Assembly: GCA_964035545.1 (NCBI GenBank)
Contig: OZ037768.1
Span: 1,542,384-1,606,383 of the forward strand
Source: Bugula neritina
Lineage: Eukaryota > Animalia > Bryozoa
Length of the DNA stretch: 64,000 nucleotides
Direction of reading: 5' to 3'
Below the pieces are notes generated by a model that saw only the letters and a list, made by a program, of their open reading frames with translations, did not search any database and was not told the DNA's origin. Below, piece by piece: positions 11,101-18,584 of this stretch (its first letter is position 1; every line of letters begins with the position of its first letter). A program made the translations under genes and the position numbers.

Positions 11101-14100
11101 AGGACATAGGGTCAGTCACTCTCCATGACTCACCTCGGCTCCCTACCACCCACAAAGTACCCTATAAGGCGATGCCGAATTTCGGCGACGGCGAGACCGG
11201 CCTTACTCGGCCTCTGCTGTCTATTGTAGACACTGCAATGGAGTGTGATGAGGTAGAAGTCAGTCGAGTCGACTCCCCCCCTCCACCAGCTCCCGTGACG
11301 GCTCCTTGCAGCCCGCGGGTCGCCACAGACCGGACTGAGGTGCTATCCACCATGAATAGTGACCCTGTCGCCAACCCAGTTGAGCTACAATTAGCCGCCG
11401 GGGAGGAACAGGGAATACTATGCGGTGTGCCCTCCTCTACTCGAGCTGAAGACAGTGACACCCCCACCTTGGCTCTACCCCAGGCACTGGTCGCCCGCCA
11501 GTCCTGGGTCTCTCGCGACACTAATCAGCAGATTAGTGAAGCATGCGGGGCAGCGGGCAACCGCATCTGCCGGCAATGTCGGAGGAAATTCTCCTCCTCC
11601 CGGCGGTTGCGTGTTCACGCCCCCCAACATTTCATCAATGTATTCTGCCCTTGCGGCGAATACTCCTACCAGCGGGATTATGTGCTGCGCCACCAGCGCA
11701 TCTCGCGCTGCCACTCAGGTCACGTGTTCACCGTGGATCAGGCCACATTTCCGGAGTTCCGGGACCTCATCCTGCCGCACGTCGCGGACCCCCACAAGCG
11801 TGCCACCCTCGGCCAAGGGTTTCCGGCGTGCAGAGCAATTCAAGAAGAAGACGGAGAACCCGCCGCCGCCCTCCAACCAGCAGCCACCCAGCCTCTTCGG
11901 GTCATGCTGACAAGGGTCGGGGATGGTGCCAGACCCGGTACATCGGACCTGGACCCCCGCTCCTCGGCGGCAAGCAGACACCACCCAGAGCACAGACAAC
12001 ACCCGGAGCGCAACACACTCCGCTCCCGACCGCAACTAGAAGAGGAGGTGCGCCACTTACGGCGCCGCGTGGCACGGTGTGAGGAAGATCTGACACAATT
12101 GCGACGACGACTGATCCGGCTGGAACGACGTCAGACCGACAACGACGATGGGACATGGAGGGAGTGAGACCCGCCTCTCCCTGACTGGTGGCATGACAAT
12201 TCTCTGTTATACATATTCGTTGCCCCTTATACTATGTACTTGGTGTTATGTTTTGTTTTGTTTCTTTGTTCTCTCTCTTCTGTTTTTTTTTTTGTTTTGT
12301 TTATTGTCCGTCTCATTGTTATTATGTTATTATTCGCCCTCGTATCGGAAAGCACGCTTTCCGATAGGGGGTGTGTGTGATAGATTATGCCTTGGTTTAT
12401 TCTTTTGTTCAATAATGTTAATTGGGGTCCGAAATTCGGAGTTCCGAATTTCGGCTTGACCGAAGATCGGTTCCCCCGATCTTCGGGCCTGCCGAATTTC
12501 GGAGCTACCGAACTTCGGGCCACACACACAAAAGATTCTTTGTTTTATGTTCTTTTGTTCGCTGTATATAAAAGCAGGCGAGTTACGGTGTAAAGCCAGT
12601 CTACTACTGGAGCTCGCCTGGACAAGTTGACATTATTTTTCTAATACAATAAACATTTGGAACTCTACTACTTCAACCTATCTTGTTCTGCACTAAGTTA
12701 CATTCAACCCACAAGTTTATCACAATATGTTAGTATTAAAGCGCCAACATGATATCTTTTTAGAAATGTTTGAGCTGGTGATGAGCGCTCACAGGAAGTA
12801 TCATGAAAACACATCAATAGCCTGTGAACACTCGCCCAATATGTTTCACCGAAAGACGGTTCAGTCTTCGAAAGCTAAATACACCATGCCAACTAGCAGC
12901 AAAGGGCCAGCACTAAAATTGGGAGTTTTCTCCACCGAAGACGAGGAGACAATGGCTAGTGTTAGCGATTATAAACAAAATGGCAGCACAGATATTTCAG
13001 AAAAACCTAAATTTGTAACCATGTATGATGATCGTGTTGTTAAATCCAACCTTAACCTTCCGAGAGCATGCCGATCAATGCCAGTTATTGATGTGCCAAA
13101 CATCCCTACTAATATGACATCAACAAAGTTTTCGTCTGAGGTAAGCTTCTTTGTTTTACATTTTTTTGTGAAAAATGTGTAGCGTCATTCCAGAGTAGGT
13201 TAGTTATGCTTTCAACACTTCATTACCCTTAATCAACAATTCTATATTTATATATGTTTTATTATGTGAAGGTATTCATCACTATTACATTATATACTGC
13301 ATATATGAAAGTTTCGAGTGAATATAGAGACAGGAAATTAGGTCAGAAGTAGCTTCAAAAAACAAAAAGCATTTTAAAAGTATATTGGTAGCAAATTTTT
13401 AATGTAGCAGACCGGTAGAATTTGCTGCTTAAGTTCTCAGTATACTTTTTCTTGTTGAAATATTTAATAGACGGCAATAAACCAAAAGGTTTTCAAAGAA
13501 TTCATCCAACCCTCAGTTCTTGAAAGTAACACCACAAACAATGCCCGTCAACATGACCAAGTACGAGTCAAAACACGGCCAAGCAAAAGGCCCAAAAGTC
13601 TAACAGCCAAATGTTTCCCCGGACAGCAAGACAAGGTTGTATCCTCGGAGCAAGTAGAGTTATCTGATGCCAACACGGAGTCCATGTTTGGACACGGTCA
13701 CGCCCACATCATGCCGAAATCATTCTCTTCCGTCGCATATATGGTCATGTTGGGTGACGGTTTACACCGCTTCACTGATGGCTTAGCTATAGGTGAGTTG
13801 CACTCTTAGCACTAACGAGTAGCGTAAGATGGGGAACATAGTTCATATTTAAGTTGACAATTTTTAGGCACAGCATTTGCTAACTCACTGAGTGGAGGTT
13901 TGAGTACAAGTATAGCTGTTTTGTTCCATGAACTTCCACATGAGCTGGGTGAGTACATACCTACCTCTAATCACACGTCTGCATGAGTGTGTGCTAACTC
14001 AATGTTGAATATTTAAATGAGAATTAACGAGATAATAATCTAAATCTTATTGGCTGGGAGAGTCAGACATGGAAAAACAAGACTTTGTTACTCATCTATC

Positions 14101-14664
14101 AATGTATTGGAGGATCTGAATATTGTTGGGTACATCATATTTACAGGCGATTTTGCAATACTTCTAAAATCAGGAATGAGTGTGAAGCAAGCTCTAGCCT
14201 GCAACCTGTTTTCCTCTTCCCTTCAACTTCTTGGCTCTGTTATTGGGTTAGCTATAGGCAGCTCCAGCTTAGAGAACAGCACAGAGTGGCTGTTTGCCTT
14301 TGCAGGAGGAATATTCCTTTATGTAGGTCTTGTGGACATGGTGAGTAGATCCGTACCTATAGACTCTGGTAGTCTATATCAATAAGCTGGTTATAGCAGT
14401 TCAACTACATCGATTTTCATATTCAGTGCCTACAGTATGTTACCATGCTGATATAAACTCTCATTTTTATTTCTATATTAAATGATTCCATATATATCAA
14501 ATATACAATGATTGTTTTAGTTACCTGAAATATCTAAGATTAATAAAAAAGCACCGTGGAAGCAGCTGATGTTACAGAACGCCGGACTTCTCACCGGGAT
14601 GACCATTATGCTGCTCATTGGAATTTTTGAAACTCGCCTAGGAAATCTATTTAATAATTCGTAA
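2184..14664 (+). CDS. LIV-1 subfamily ZIP (SLC39A6/10-like) metal transporter, 10 coding exons
   Basis: Phase-consistent GT-AG exons: 2184-2489, 3320-3512, 3748-3917, 4098-4265, 4677-4758, 12764-13140, 13471-13792, 13868-13948, 14147-14340, 14521-14664. Motifs: signal-peptide-like N-terminus, CPLLLLQL (PAL-like), [67 protein letters not shown]. Confidence 0.92.
4940..5288 (+). repeat. 5' LTR
   Basis: TG...CA ends, TATA box TATATAAAA at 5129-5137, AATAAA at 5212-5217. Identical by eye to 12376-12724. Confidence 0.97.
4993..5082. promoter_or_regulatory. Array of six CCGA-N3-TCGG palindromes in LTR U3 (also present in the 3' LTR, 12429-12518)
   Basis: 11-mers start at 4993, 5008, 5024, 5040, 5056 and 5072 (15-16 bp period), ending about 47 bp upstream of the TATA box. 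The regulatory role is inferred. Confidence 0.7.
5290..5309 (+). promoter_or_regulatory. Primer-binding site complementary to the tRNA-Leu 3' end
   Basis: TGGTGGCAGCGGTGGGATTC begins 1 nt after the LTR and is the reverse complement of the eukaryotic tRNA-Leu(AAG/UAG) 3' end GAATCCCACCGCTGCCA-CCA. Confidence 0.9.
5335..6240 (+). CDS. gag: Retrotransposon Gag
   Basis: 301-aa ORF with a capsid-like region ([17 protein letters not shown]) and a CCHC knuckle [14 protein letters not shown]. Confidence 0.93.
   Translation: MAPGGEEATPGAAATPTLTVEALVTALRQLQGTGQAPPGDRYRLSPPTFGGDGDVEQFIREFQDVATIAEWPVPVRVLQLRACLTGRAKSFALGPDEAHILRALRARFGMTSEEASDRLQALRRDRRTSLEDHANVVERLAQAAFSQATGTERQRLVYNAFFRSINHPDLQRYWMASKVGSLDEALETGKAYFQVEELQGPRFAARQVVDEETALPAKPQVAAAATKSLEQTQLTMLMDMMKGLQATVTKLQSEQADRRAPRSRDNPVRPSLLTCWGCGVQGHVRRHCPRGQGPLNTQGSR
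6216..6260 (+). promoter_or_regulatory. -1 programmed ribosomal frameshift signal (gag to pro)
   Basis: T TTA AAC at 6216-6222 is correctly phased in gag. After a 5-nt spacer there is an 11-bp stem, 6228-6238 with 6250-6260. The -1 frame is open from here into the protease ORF. Confidence 0.8.
6216..7184 (+). CDS. Aspartic protease ORF (-1 frame relative to gag), ending at an in-frame TGA
   Basis: FLLDTGCT catalytic motif (D at 6735) and AILGMPFL. The frame is open from 6216 and is the same frame as the RT ORF. Confidence 0.9.
   Translation, partial: FKHPRLTVTSANRGPHANPIRDRTRRGEEETSTGSADTEWQRPRRSRRPQGLPDPPAVSLETRMQLEEAGWQAPRRSRRPQGLPDPPAWPLQNRFAGLPEEVVEEDSAYSQEYPKLPSRPQKTPVVSKTKRRPAVRTQVVSPPETNRSRSTQPYGSSYFLPGKISGKAATFLLDTGCTTNLLSRRLFDTLGARERASLEPYEGAHGTLADGSCIPFYGIISLPGRVRDQAIHETFIVSQLKEDAILGMPFLEKHQCHMDFQKSVVVMAGKELVCVEGRPLVGGVQVVRDCTVPGRSQATLRCRVNCKGIADLGVVEGTHGAI
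7185..12167 (+). CDS. pol: Pol (RT, RNase H, integrase) with a C-terminal extension of about 520 aa bearing zinc fingers and a coiled coil
   Basis: RT motifs [16 protein letters not shown] and YLDD (8019-8030); RNase H DTDAS and TDHASL; integrase HHCC (HKQAH...CEVC), DLVGP/TDQG/VER core and the GPY motif. The frame is open from 7185. Confidence 0.95.
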   Translation, partial: LANSLNRLDGRQELLVQCINPFTEPVQLSAGALVGKYHSIQEADVGPALETVADTQGNPLHTRRGAVPEHMADLYDGACGNCTSSTERQVLAQLLAEYSDVFSRGDRDMGLTKVISHEIPLAAGTTPIRQPTRRLGPEKEKEVSRQVQDLLDRDLIEPAHGAWSSPVVLVKKKDGSWRFCVDYRRLNSVTIQDAYPLPRIDESLDALAGSKYFSTLDLLSGYWQVPLSPDAQDKAAFITRDGLWKWKVLPFGLTSAPATFQRLMEQVLSGLHWKTLLIYLDDVIVISPDFSTHVSRLREVFDRLRAAGLKLKPSKCALLQPEVTYLGHVVGRDGVATDPEKVQAVKEWTVPRDLPELRAFLGLVGYYRQYIPGFAGVAQPLNRLTAKGVRWQWTQEEQQAFDHLKQRLMEAPILAYPDPAKEYILDTDASDHSVGAVLSQVQGGSEVVVAYYSKTLAAAEKNYCTTRKELLAVVKAVKHFRPYLYGKSFRLRTDHASLIWLCKRTEPSSQVARWLEILAEFSYRIEHRAGRKHGNADGMSRRPVENCKQCLHIEQRDGGPARLDVETELVEGTAYRWEHGHLRTETHQDGVQALHANPTLHQNVKELCRLQETLPGAVADIFRAKKEGRRPSEEQQRQGDVEFQLLCRRWDALKVSPDGLLMITLAADNRQQKRDRVVCPRALRRELIWDTHKQAHAGVSRVIRCLRLRWYWPGMTRDVRLRVRQCEVCQASKHGRPTETTGRRRLYAGRPWQVVAVDLVGPMPLSARGNTWILVLTDHFTRWADALAIPDATAPTVARTLDQHVFCYLGLPEQIHTDQGAQFQSQLMGDLCRIWGVNQSRTTPYHPQGNGVVERNNRMLGDALRSLLLGRGQEEWDVVLPQIMRAYRSTPHSTTQETPNFLMLGRETRVPEHLTYHVPAPESPVHEYVERLTEIMGKAHDALRAQQWQIRTEDSEEPPLYQVGDWVWMVSYRRRRGQSAKLQPKFVGPYCVVEVLANHTYRVERSGQVSVQSEQRLKPYHASPDAVGQAPPLLEPNRQPNQRGRVTRPREVEIVIRREAEQEQAALREQLEQQQRQEQQQQHAPEPPPLLGEDTPTRITGEGGDPPTVATEEQLAPPAPAPLERSQRARKPPGYLVDYHIGHLGLPPPSGNPSVQGHYSSLVSKFFHPPGESLQKGTVANRNSEGTRLSELSLQNSMGIPHDRVAGKNIETRGSAICTTTNPLVTRNFKAETCNRINHKLDMGITLPGNNTTNTGISLESEPPVPESDSTVINWASLDLLESSLLTEEVDVSFGEDSLNEFLLDQDIGSVTLHDSPRLPTTHKVPYKAMPNFGDGETGLTRPLLSIVDTAMECDEVEVSRVDSPPPPAPVTAPCSPRVATDRTEVLSTMNSDPVANPVELQLAAGEEQGILCGVPSSTRAEDSDTPTLALPQALVARQSWVSRDTNQQISEACGAAGNRICRQCRRKFSSSRRLRVHAPQHFINVFCPCGEYSYQRDYVLRHQRISRCHSGHVFTVDQATFPEFRDLILPHVADPHKRATLGQGFPACRAIQEEDGEPAAALQPAATQPLRVMLTRVGDGARPGTSDLDPRSSAASRHHPEHRQHPERNTLRSRPQLEEEVRHLRRRVARCEEDLTQLRRRLIRLERRQTDNDDGTWRE
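12366..12375 (+). promoter_or_regulatory. Short, imperfect polypurine tract
   Basis: AGGGGGTGTG lies directly before the 3' LTR. Confidence 0.65.
12376..12724 (+). repeat. 3' LTR
   Basis: 349-bp copy of the 5' LTR, followed by the TSD ATAT. Confidence 0.97.
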
Positions 14665-15026
14665 TCAAAATACTAACTTCTTTGTAAACCTACGACTCAT
14701 GATAATTCAATAATAAAGCTGAAAAAACTTTATTTAAAAGTATTATTACATAATTTGTAGCATGTTGAATAACATGATGCAATGCTTTCAATATTCTTTA
14801 AAAACAATATGATTTATTTTTTACACATGAACTAAAAATAATTTACGAAATTCCATGCAACTGGTAACAGCTGTAGCAACTTTGACAAAAAAAACCAATA
14901 TAATTTTTTAACGCCAGCTGTCAATAAAAATTTATTCATAAGGAAATTGTTTCCCATGAAGAAAAAAAACAGTACATTTTGTTAATTAAATAAAAATTAC
15001 TAAAAATATAGAACCGGCAGAATAAC

Positions 15027-18000
15027 CTAAAATTCCCATTGCAAATCTGTAAGAGTGGCTGAAGCTAGCTGGTCGGTCATGCTGGATACGGCACCCATTT
15101 CTGTTTGATTCTCCAGAACGCTGGATGTTAGTGGGGTCAGGGGTTCCAGCATCTTAGGCAGCTGGCTAAAACTAACTTGTTCTGTCTGTTTAAAAAATTT
15201 GTGGTTCAACAGTTCTTTGGCAGTTGGCCTGAAATAGTCAGTACATTCTCTATACTATGCTGCCAAGTCCATGTTTGTGCAAAGTTGTAAAACTCTCAAA
15301 ATATTTGAAATAAAGGACTATGATGACATAGTTACTGAAGTAAAGTACTATGTTGACCTAGTTACTGAAGTGAAGTACTATATTGACCTAGTTACTGAAG
15401 TAAAGTACTATGTTGACTTAGTTACGAAAGTAAAGTACTACGTTGACCTAGTTAGAGTAACTACCTCTCATCTGGAGAATAAGAACAACATTTCTCCGCA
15501 AACTCATGGAAGTCGGTAGAGAATGTTCTAGAATGGTAAACTTCACTGTCGTTAGAGAAAGACGTATTTGAGCTGTCCAACAATCTAGGTCTGTTTCCTT
15601 CTAATTTCTCATATAAAATCTTAAAATATAAATTCAATGACTGCGTAAAACTCACCCAAACCATTGAAGACTGACAAGGCAAACACGTTGCAATGTCAGA
15701 CAACTCCTGGAGCTTTTAACCCTAATAATAATTAACTTATTGTTTTCAAGGCAAGCTATTGATCTAATATAAAAACTTTGTATTGAGACTAGAAAATGTC
15801 ACAACATTTTTTCATAGATTATATCAACGACAAGAAATGTCAGCAAAATTCGGAATTTGATGAAAAATATTTCTTGTGATCATAAATATGTTTATATTAC
15901 AAAGTAATTGAAAAATAGCATCAAACTTTGTTTATTTACAGAAAACACGTTATATTATATTGGTGGCTGCTGTTGTTCACCTCATAGCTCTTTAGGTTAG
16001 CGAAAGGTGTGTGCCCATTGGCCAGTTCACAAGCCACAACTCCTAAGCTATATATATCAGACTTCTGATCATACCCATGTAGATCCTGAAATAAAATGGA
16101 ACACAAGTCTAAAAGTTTTGCAAAAGGTTACAAGAAAACACATTTGAATTTGTAAGTTCCAATGGTATGGCATTATGATTACTTTATAAAACGTGCATTT
16201 CAATAAGCATGATACCAATTGGTTTTACTCTGAAATCAAAGTTTTATGGAGAAATTTGATGAAATACGTGAAACAGACGAGAGAATCAAATAGCAGTGTC
16301 ATGTAACCTTGGCAGCAACATAAATGATGCCTGAAAGTCATCCAAAGTCTCTCACTAAGGCAAAAGACTAAAAATTTTTGCATCAACTAAGCTATTAACT
16401 TTTTCACATTTACAAACAAACCAAAACTATACAAATTGCATTTAGTAATTTTATTGTATAAGGTAGTAAATAATCATAGAGAATGTTATCTTAAATGTGA
16501 TTGGTTCACCTGTCCGAGCAGCTCTGGACTGTAGTAGTTGATTGCTTTATCAGAATTAGTTGGGAAATGCCAACATTTGTTTTCCACCAGACCGAATCTC
16601 TCTAGTATGTAACAGTTTCGTAAGCCGGAGATGACTACTTGGCCGGTTTCAGACACGAGTATATGGCTGGCACGGAGAGATCTGTAACATTAATATAAGT
16701 ATAGCTAGTACACTGCACATTACTATAGTATAGCTAGTACACTGTACACTACTATAGTATAGCTAGTACACTGTACACTACTATAGTATAGCTAGTACAC
16801 TGTACATTACTATTAGTTGTTACTGCCTGCACTTCCAACCTAATCTTTAAGTTGAAGCAATAGCAAAGTCTCGCAAGGCTCTTCTGCTAAAAGCATTCTA
16901 AGTTTCTGTGAATATTTTGAAAAATTGAAACTTAATATTTTAAGATATATGCTAAAAATAGACACAAATGCTATTAATTAAACAATGCAATTCTCAAAGT
17001 ATAATACGAAACTTGTATTTTCCTGCAAAAGTTTTCATGTAGTTTAATGGACCTCAACCGCAAGTCACAAAAGACAGTTGAGAATGTTATTATTTTCAAG
17101 GTAAAACTTTGACTTTAATAATATAAAAAAATCCGACAATTTTTAACCCATCATTCAGGTTAGAAATAAGGGAGCAGCCGTGGTCTAGGGGTTTAAAGTG
17201 TTTGCCTAGTAAGCACGAAGTCATGGGTTCGAACTCCAACAAAGGCCATTGCTGATGTTAGGAAGAGCATCCAGTTATAATTGCTCCTGTGCCTCATCTG
17301 AATAAGTCTTTAACCCGGTTTAACAAAAACCCCTTTCCATCAGGGGGTTTCTCACAGAAATGGCAATTATAAACTTGTGTGAGCTTTAGGTTAGAAATAA
17401 AAAAATGGTTGTGTTTTAGAAAAATCCTAATATTAATAACAGACCACTTCACGCTATACATTATGTTACCTGTGAATAATTCCACACTCGTGGAGGTAGA
17501 CCAACGCTTCCAGAACCTGTTTTAGAATCAGTGCAATAGCGAGTTCGGGGAGTCCAAACTGAAAGCGAGCTTGCATTATGTCCATACAGGAGCCATAGCC
17601 CTGCAGGGGCATCACAACCCACAGCGTATCCTCACTGAGAAACGTGGAGAAGCACTCCAGAATGTGTGGACAGTTGAAGAGTCTATGCATTGCTATCTCA
17701 TGCTGTAAATTACAACTCGGCATACCAATATACACATAACATTGACGCTAAGCACTTGTCTATAACGTGTCACAAGAATCAATGTAATTAAATTTTTTCA
17801 TAACTAATTCAATTAATTATCTTGTGACTTGAAACTTTTTATAACATCAAAGAGAGTTGACTGAAGATAGTTGCATCAGAAACAGGGTTTCATGATATCG
17901 AATCGCAAATCTATCTAAATGCAAAATTACGTGTTAGAATTTAGCTCTGCAGTATACAGAACACTATGAGTGTTAGAATAAGTAGAATATAAAGCTTTTA

Positions 18001-18584
18001 ATGACACAAAGGAGAGCAAGTCACTGGTATCTTCAGTGTAGTATAATCAGTCCAAACCAGAAGTTAATTCTCATGAGCTTATTTACAACACTTGTGCATA
18101 AAGCATTACACTTATTTGTAAAAGTTTGAGTACTCCTCAAAAAATACTTCATAAACCACAATTGTATAATACTTGAACTCACATAACAGTTTTCAACTGG
18201 CATATCATATAGATTAAGAAATGAAATTAATTAATACAAAAAACAAACTTACGGCAAGATCATCAAATTTTACTGGACAGTTTTCAAGGTTGACTTTTCT
18301 GATGGCCACAAAAGATCCAGAAGGAATATGTTTGCCAACATAAATGTAGGCACAGCCATTGCAGGCTAGGCCCATCTGTACATAAACTTCATAATCTTTG
18401 GGCGATGTTGAGGATTTCACATGTGAATCTTTCACTTCCTTTAAAAGTTTCAACAAAACCTCATCAACAAGTAAAGAGTCAGGAAAAATTAAAAAAAACA
18501 ATACACCACAATGCACACAACGAAGCTGCCACACTATTGAACACTGTTATTTGTAGTAATGGTACTTACAACTTTTCCTGCCAT
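15027..18584 (-). CDS. STRAD: STE20-related kinase adapter (STRAD) pseudokinase
   Basis: Exons (-): 18584-18570 (tentative start), about 18440-18253 (5' edge uncertain), 17702-17470, 16681-16510, 16085-15981, 15619-15465, 15228-15027. Motifs: [11 protein letters not shown] (HRD replaced by HRS), SGLR in place of [26 protein letters not shown], and a C-terminal WEF (MO25-binding). Confidence 0.92.
15318..15453. repeat. 30-bp minisatellite, about 4.5 copies (STRAD intron)
   Basis: Unit gttactgaagtaaagtactatgttgaccta. Confidence 0.9.
16697..16812. repeat. 28-bp minisatellite, about 4 copies (STRAD intron)
   Basis: Unit tatagtatagctagtacactgtacacta-like. Confidence 0.88.
17170..17387 (+). mobile_element. 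tRNA-derived SINE-like element
   Basis: Pol III A box (TGGTCTAGGGG) and B box (GGTTCGAACTC) at the 5' end. Flanked by the 13-bp direct repeat AGGTTAGAAATAA (17157-17169 and 17388-17400). Confidence 0.75.

Larger units (their letters stand above)
4940..12724 (+). mobile_element. Full-length Ty3/Gypsy LTR retrotransposon (7785 bp) in intron 5 of the ZIP gene, sense orientation
   Basis: Two 349-bp LTRs with TGTGATA...TATCACA ends, TSD ATAT at 4936-4939 and 12725-12728, a PBS, and gag-PR-RT-RH-IN domain order. Confidence 0.98.

Noticed and set aside
5284-12156. Many antisense and alternate-frame ORFs within the retrotransposon
   Set aside because: Expected in GC-rich coding sequence; no recognisable motifs.
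10602-12167. Pol extension as an env gene or chromodomain
   Set aside because: No signal peptide or transmembrane helix, and no chromodomain-like aromatic pattern seen.
12148-12459. Hydrophobic 103-aa ORF resembling a membrane protein
   Set aside because: The hydrophobicity comes from the T-rich 3' tract and the ORF runs into the LTR. Not supported, though not formally excluded.
17170-17250. Functional tRNA gene
   Set aside because: A and B boxes are present, but I could not form a proper acceptor stem or cloverleaf, and the TSD-flanked body fits a SINE.
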